29,999 nucleotides of DNA, taken from positions 1-29,999 of the forward strand of contig JALNKA010000013.1 of NCBI GenBank assembly GCA_023261815.1. Direction: 5' to 3'. Positions 28,721 through 29,999 of this stretch are shown piece by piece. A model generated the notes under the pieces. It saw only the letters and a list, made by a program, of their open reading frames with translations. It was not told the origin of the DNA and searched no databases. Source of the stretch: Candidatus Wolframiiraptor sinensis (GTDB lineage Archaea > Thermoproteota > Nitrososphaeria_A > Caldarchaeales > Wolframiiraptoraceae). The position numbers and the translations under genes were made by a program. Position 1 is the stretch's first letter, and every line of letters starts with the position of its first letter.

Positions 28721-29556
28721 TGGTTTAGCCAGAGCCTCCGTATATCTCTGATCACCTCCGTTTGGATCTTGAGCATCGCCTTCCCCCTCGGATGGCGTTG
28801 CGCGATCTTGATGTATTTCTCCGGTATATTGTCTCTTATCCGCGGATTAAGCGCCGATACGTATATGTTGGCGGCGATCTTCGATAATATCGTTCTGGCG
28901 ATGTGGTTGTGCTCCTCCGCCTTGGCGTGCAGCCCTAAGTAGTCGAGTATCTTATGCGTCCCCCTTGAAAAGTCGATCATCGCCAGCATCATCGCTATTA
29001 GCGGGCTTCTCCGATAACCGAGGTACTCCAAAACCCTTCTATAGAACTCGTTACCCTCCACCGCATCGCAGATTCTCTCCGCAACCTCTTCCTTCCTCTT
29101 TTCAAGCGCCTTGATGGACTCTCTCAAGTCCAGCTTCAGCCTATCCCCACATGATTTGAGCTTCACGATCAGCCTATCAACCGCCAGGTACTCGCTTACC
29201 AGCCTCTTTAGTTGGAGCTCCTCAGCGCTAAGCTCCCTGTAAAACTCATCCGGGATCAGCGAGAGAATATACGCATCGCTCTCATCACTCTTCTCAACGC
29301 CATTACTCTCCCTCAACCTCTTTATCAGCCGCACCTCCTTCAGCCGAAAAACCTTAACCCCCCTCCTCAAAAGCTCCAAAACCTCCTCATAGAGCCTCGG
29401 GAATAGCGAATCAACATATACCTCGTCGTAGCATTGAAGCTCGGCGAGCCTATTGAGCTTAAAGAACATTCTCGCCTGCGGATCATAGCATACATGCTTT
29501 TTCCTAGACTTCTTCCCAGAGCTATCGGCTGTATCCACATAAACCCTCCTGACCAT
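28699..29556 (-). CDS. IS110-family-related protein (RuvC-like domain, coiled coil, Tnp20/Nop-like domain), 285 aa
   Basis: VYVD8, VYVD49 and KSD91ESD94A acidic tetrad; coiled coil; YLGL motif. ATG 29556 follows the SD GGAGAGTGAT. Confidence 0.75.
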   Translation of the reverse strand: MVRRVYVDTADSSGKKSRKKHVCYDPQARMFFKLNRLAELQCYDEVYVDSLFPRLYEEVLELLRRGVKVFRLKEVRLIKRLRESNGVEKSDESDAYILSLIPDEFYRELSAEELQLKRLVSEYLAVDRLIVKLKSCGDRLKLDLRESIKALEKRKEEVAERICDAVEGNEFYRRVLEYLGYRRSPLIAMMLAMIDFSRGTHKILDYLGLHAKAEEHNHIARTILSKIAANIYVSALNPRIRDNIPEKYIKIAQRHPRGKAMLKIQTEVIRDIRRLWLNQQVLAAR

Positions 29557-29561
29557 GTCGA

Positions 29562-29795
29562 TCACTCTCCTTTCATCAGCTCGGCTCCCATCCCGCCGGC
29601 CATCCTCGCCAGCATCCTCAAAGCCCTCCTCCTCGACCCCACCATACCCCACGCGGTTGAGGGGTTGATGGGTATATCAATGCTGGTAACCGAGACCCCG
29701 GCGACCTGTCCGCTCGGGGGTATGGATACCGCGCCTCGATCCATGTAAATGGTTATCTCGTGGGGAGTCAGATTTATGAGCCTCACGCCCTCCAC
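29562..29795 (-). CDS. Virus-like hypothetical protein, possibly truncated or chimeric
   Basis: LINLTPHEITI...IPPSGQVA N-terminus recalls a family seen in phages and proviruses (from memory, unverified). Stop lies at the SD of the next gene. Confidence 0.45.
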   Translation of the reverse strand: MEGVRLINLTPHEITIYMDRGAVSIPPSGQVAGVSVTSIDIPINPSTAWGMVGSRRRALRMLARMAGGMGAELMKGE

Positions 29796-29931
29796 GACCC
29801 AGCCCCTGAAAGCCGATGAAAATGGCCGAGATTATAAGGCTTCATGGACGCAAAGGAAAACAGCTCACGCGGCCACACTTGATTGAACTGGGAAAGATTG
29901 AGGATTATCCGGCAAACCCTATAAAATAGAT

Positions 29932-29967
29932 AATCCTGCGCCGTTGACCAGGCTTGGCTACCCCCGC
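29932..29967 (-). other. Isolated 5' half of a tRNA-Leu-type gene (positions 1-33)
   Basis: GCGGGGG TA GCC AAGCCTGGTCAAC GGC G CAGGA TT with an intact D-stem; no valid anticodon or 3' half follows. Confidence 0.75.
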
Positions 29968-29999
29968 CCCCATCATAATTTTCCAGCTAGGATTATTTG

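Noticed and set aside
29557-29652. 32-aa N-terminal extension of the IS110-like ORF
   Set aside because: A strong SD precedes ATG 29556, which places the first catalytic Asp at residue 8, as expected for IS110-type proteins.
29860-29967. Complete intron-containing tRNA at the window end
   Set aside because: GTTCAAT occurs downstream, but neither the T-stem nor the acceptor stem pairs, and there is no Leu anticodon.
28490-29999. TIGR or CRISPR array next to the IS110-like gene
   Set aside because: No periodic repeat units on either side within the window; only one structured segment is present.

Overview
Chromosomal window from a thermophilic archaeon. Archaeal DnaG, pelota, Cdc6/Orc1, the PolD small subunit, a BHB-intron tRNA and heavy AGG/ATA codon use suggest a PolD-bearing TACK lineage such as Caldarchaeales/Aigarchaeota; this taxonomy is inferred. 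The window holds a probable replication origin (ORB elements upstream of cdc6-DP1), housekeeping and metal-handling genes, two convergent SF2 helicases, a ketose 3-epimerase pseudogene, tRNA-Ser(GCT) and an intron-containing tRNA-Leu(CAA). Each tRNA has a small accessory segment on its 5' side that ends in a tRNA 5'-end fragment. The Ser segment carries an integrase remnant and a TauE exporter. The Leu segment carries a virus-like ORF and a 285-aa IS110-like protein. That protein has a D-D-D-D RuvC tetrad, apparently lacks the catalytic-serine loop, and is followed by a strongly structured putative RNA. This protein-RNA pair is the best candidate for an undescribed RNA-guided system. All family calls come from motif recognition, not database searches.
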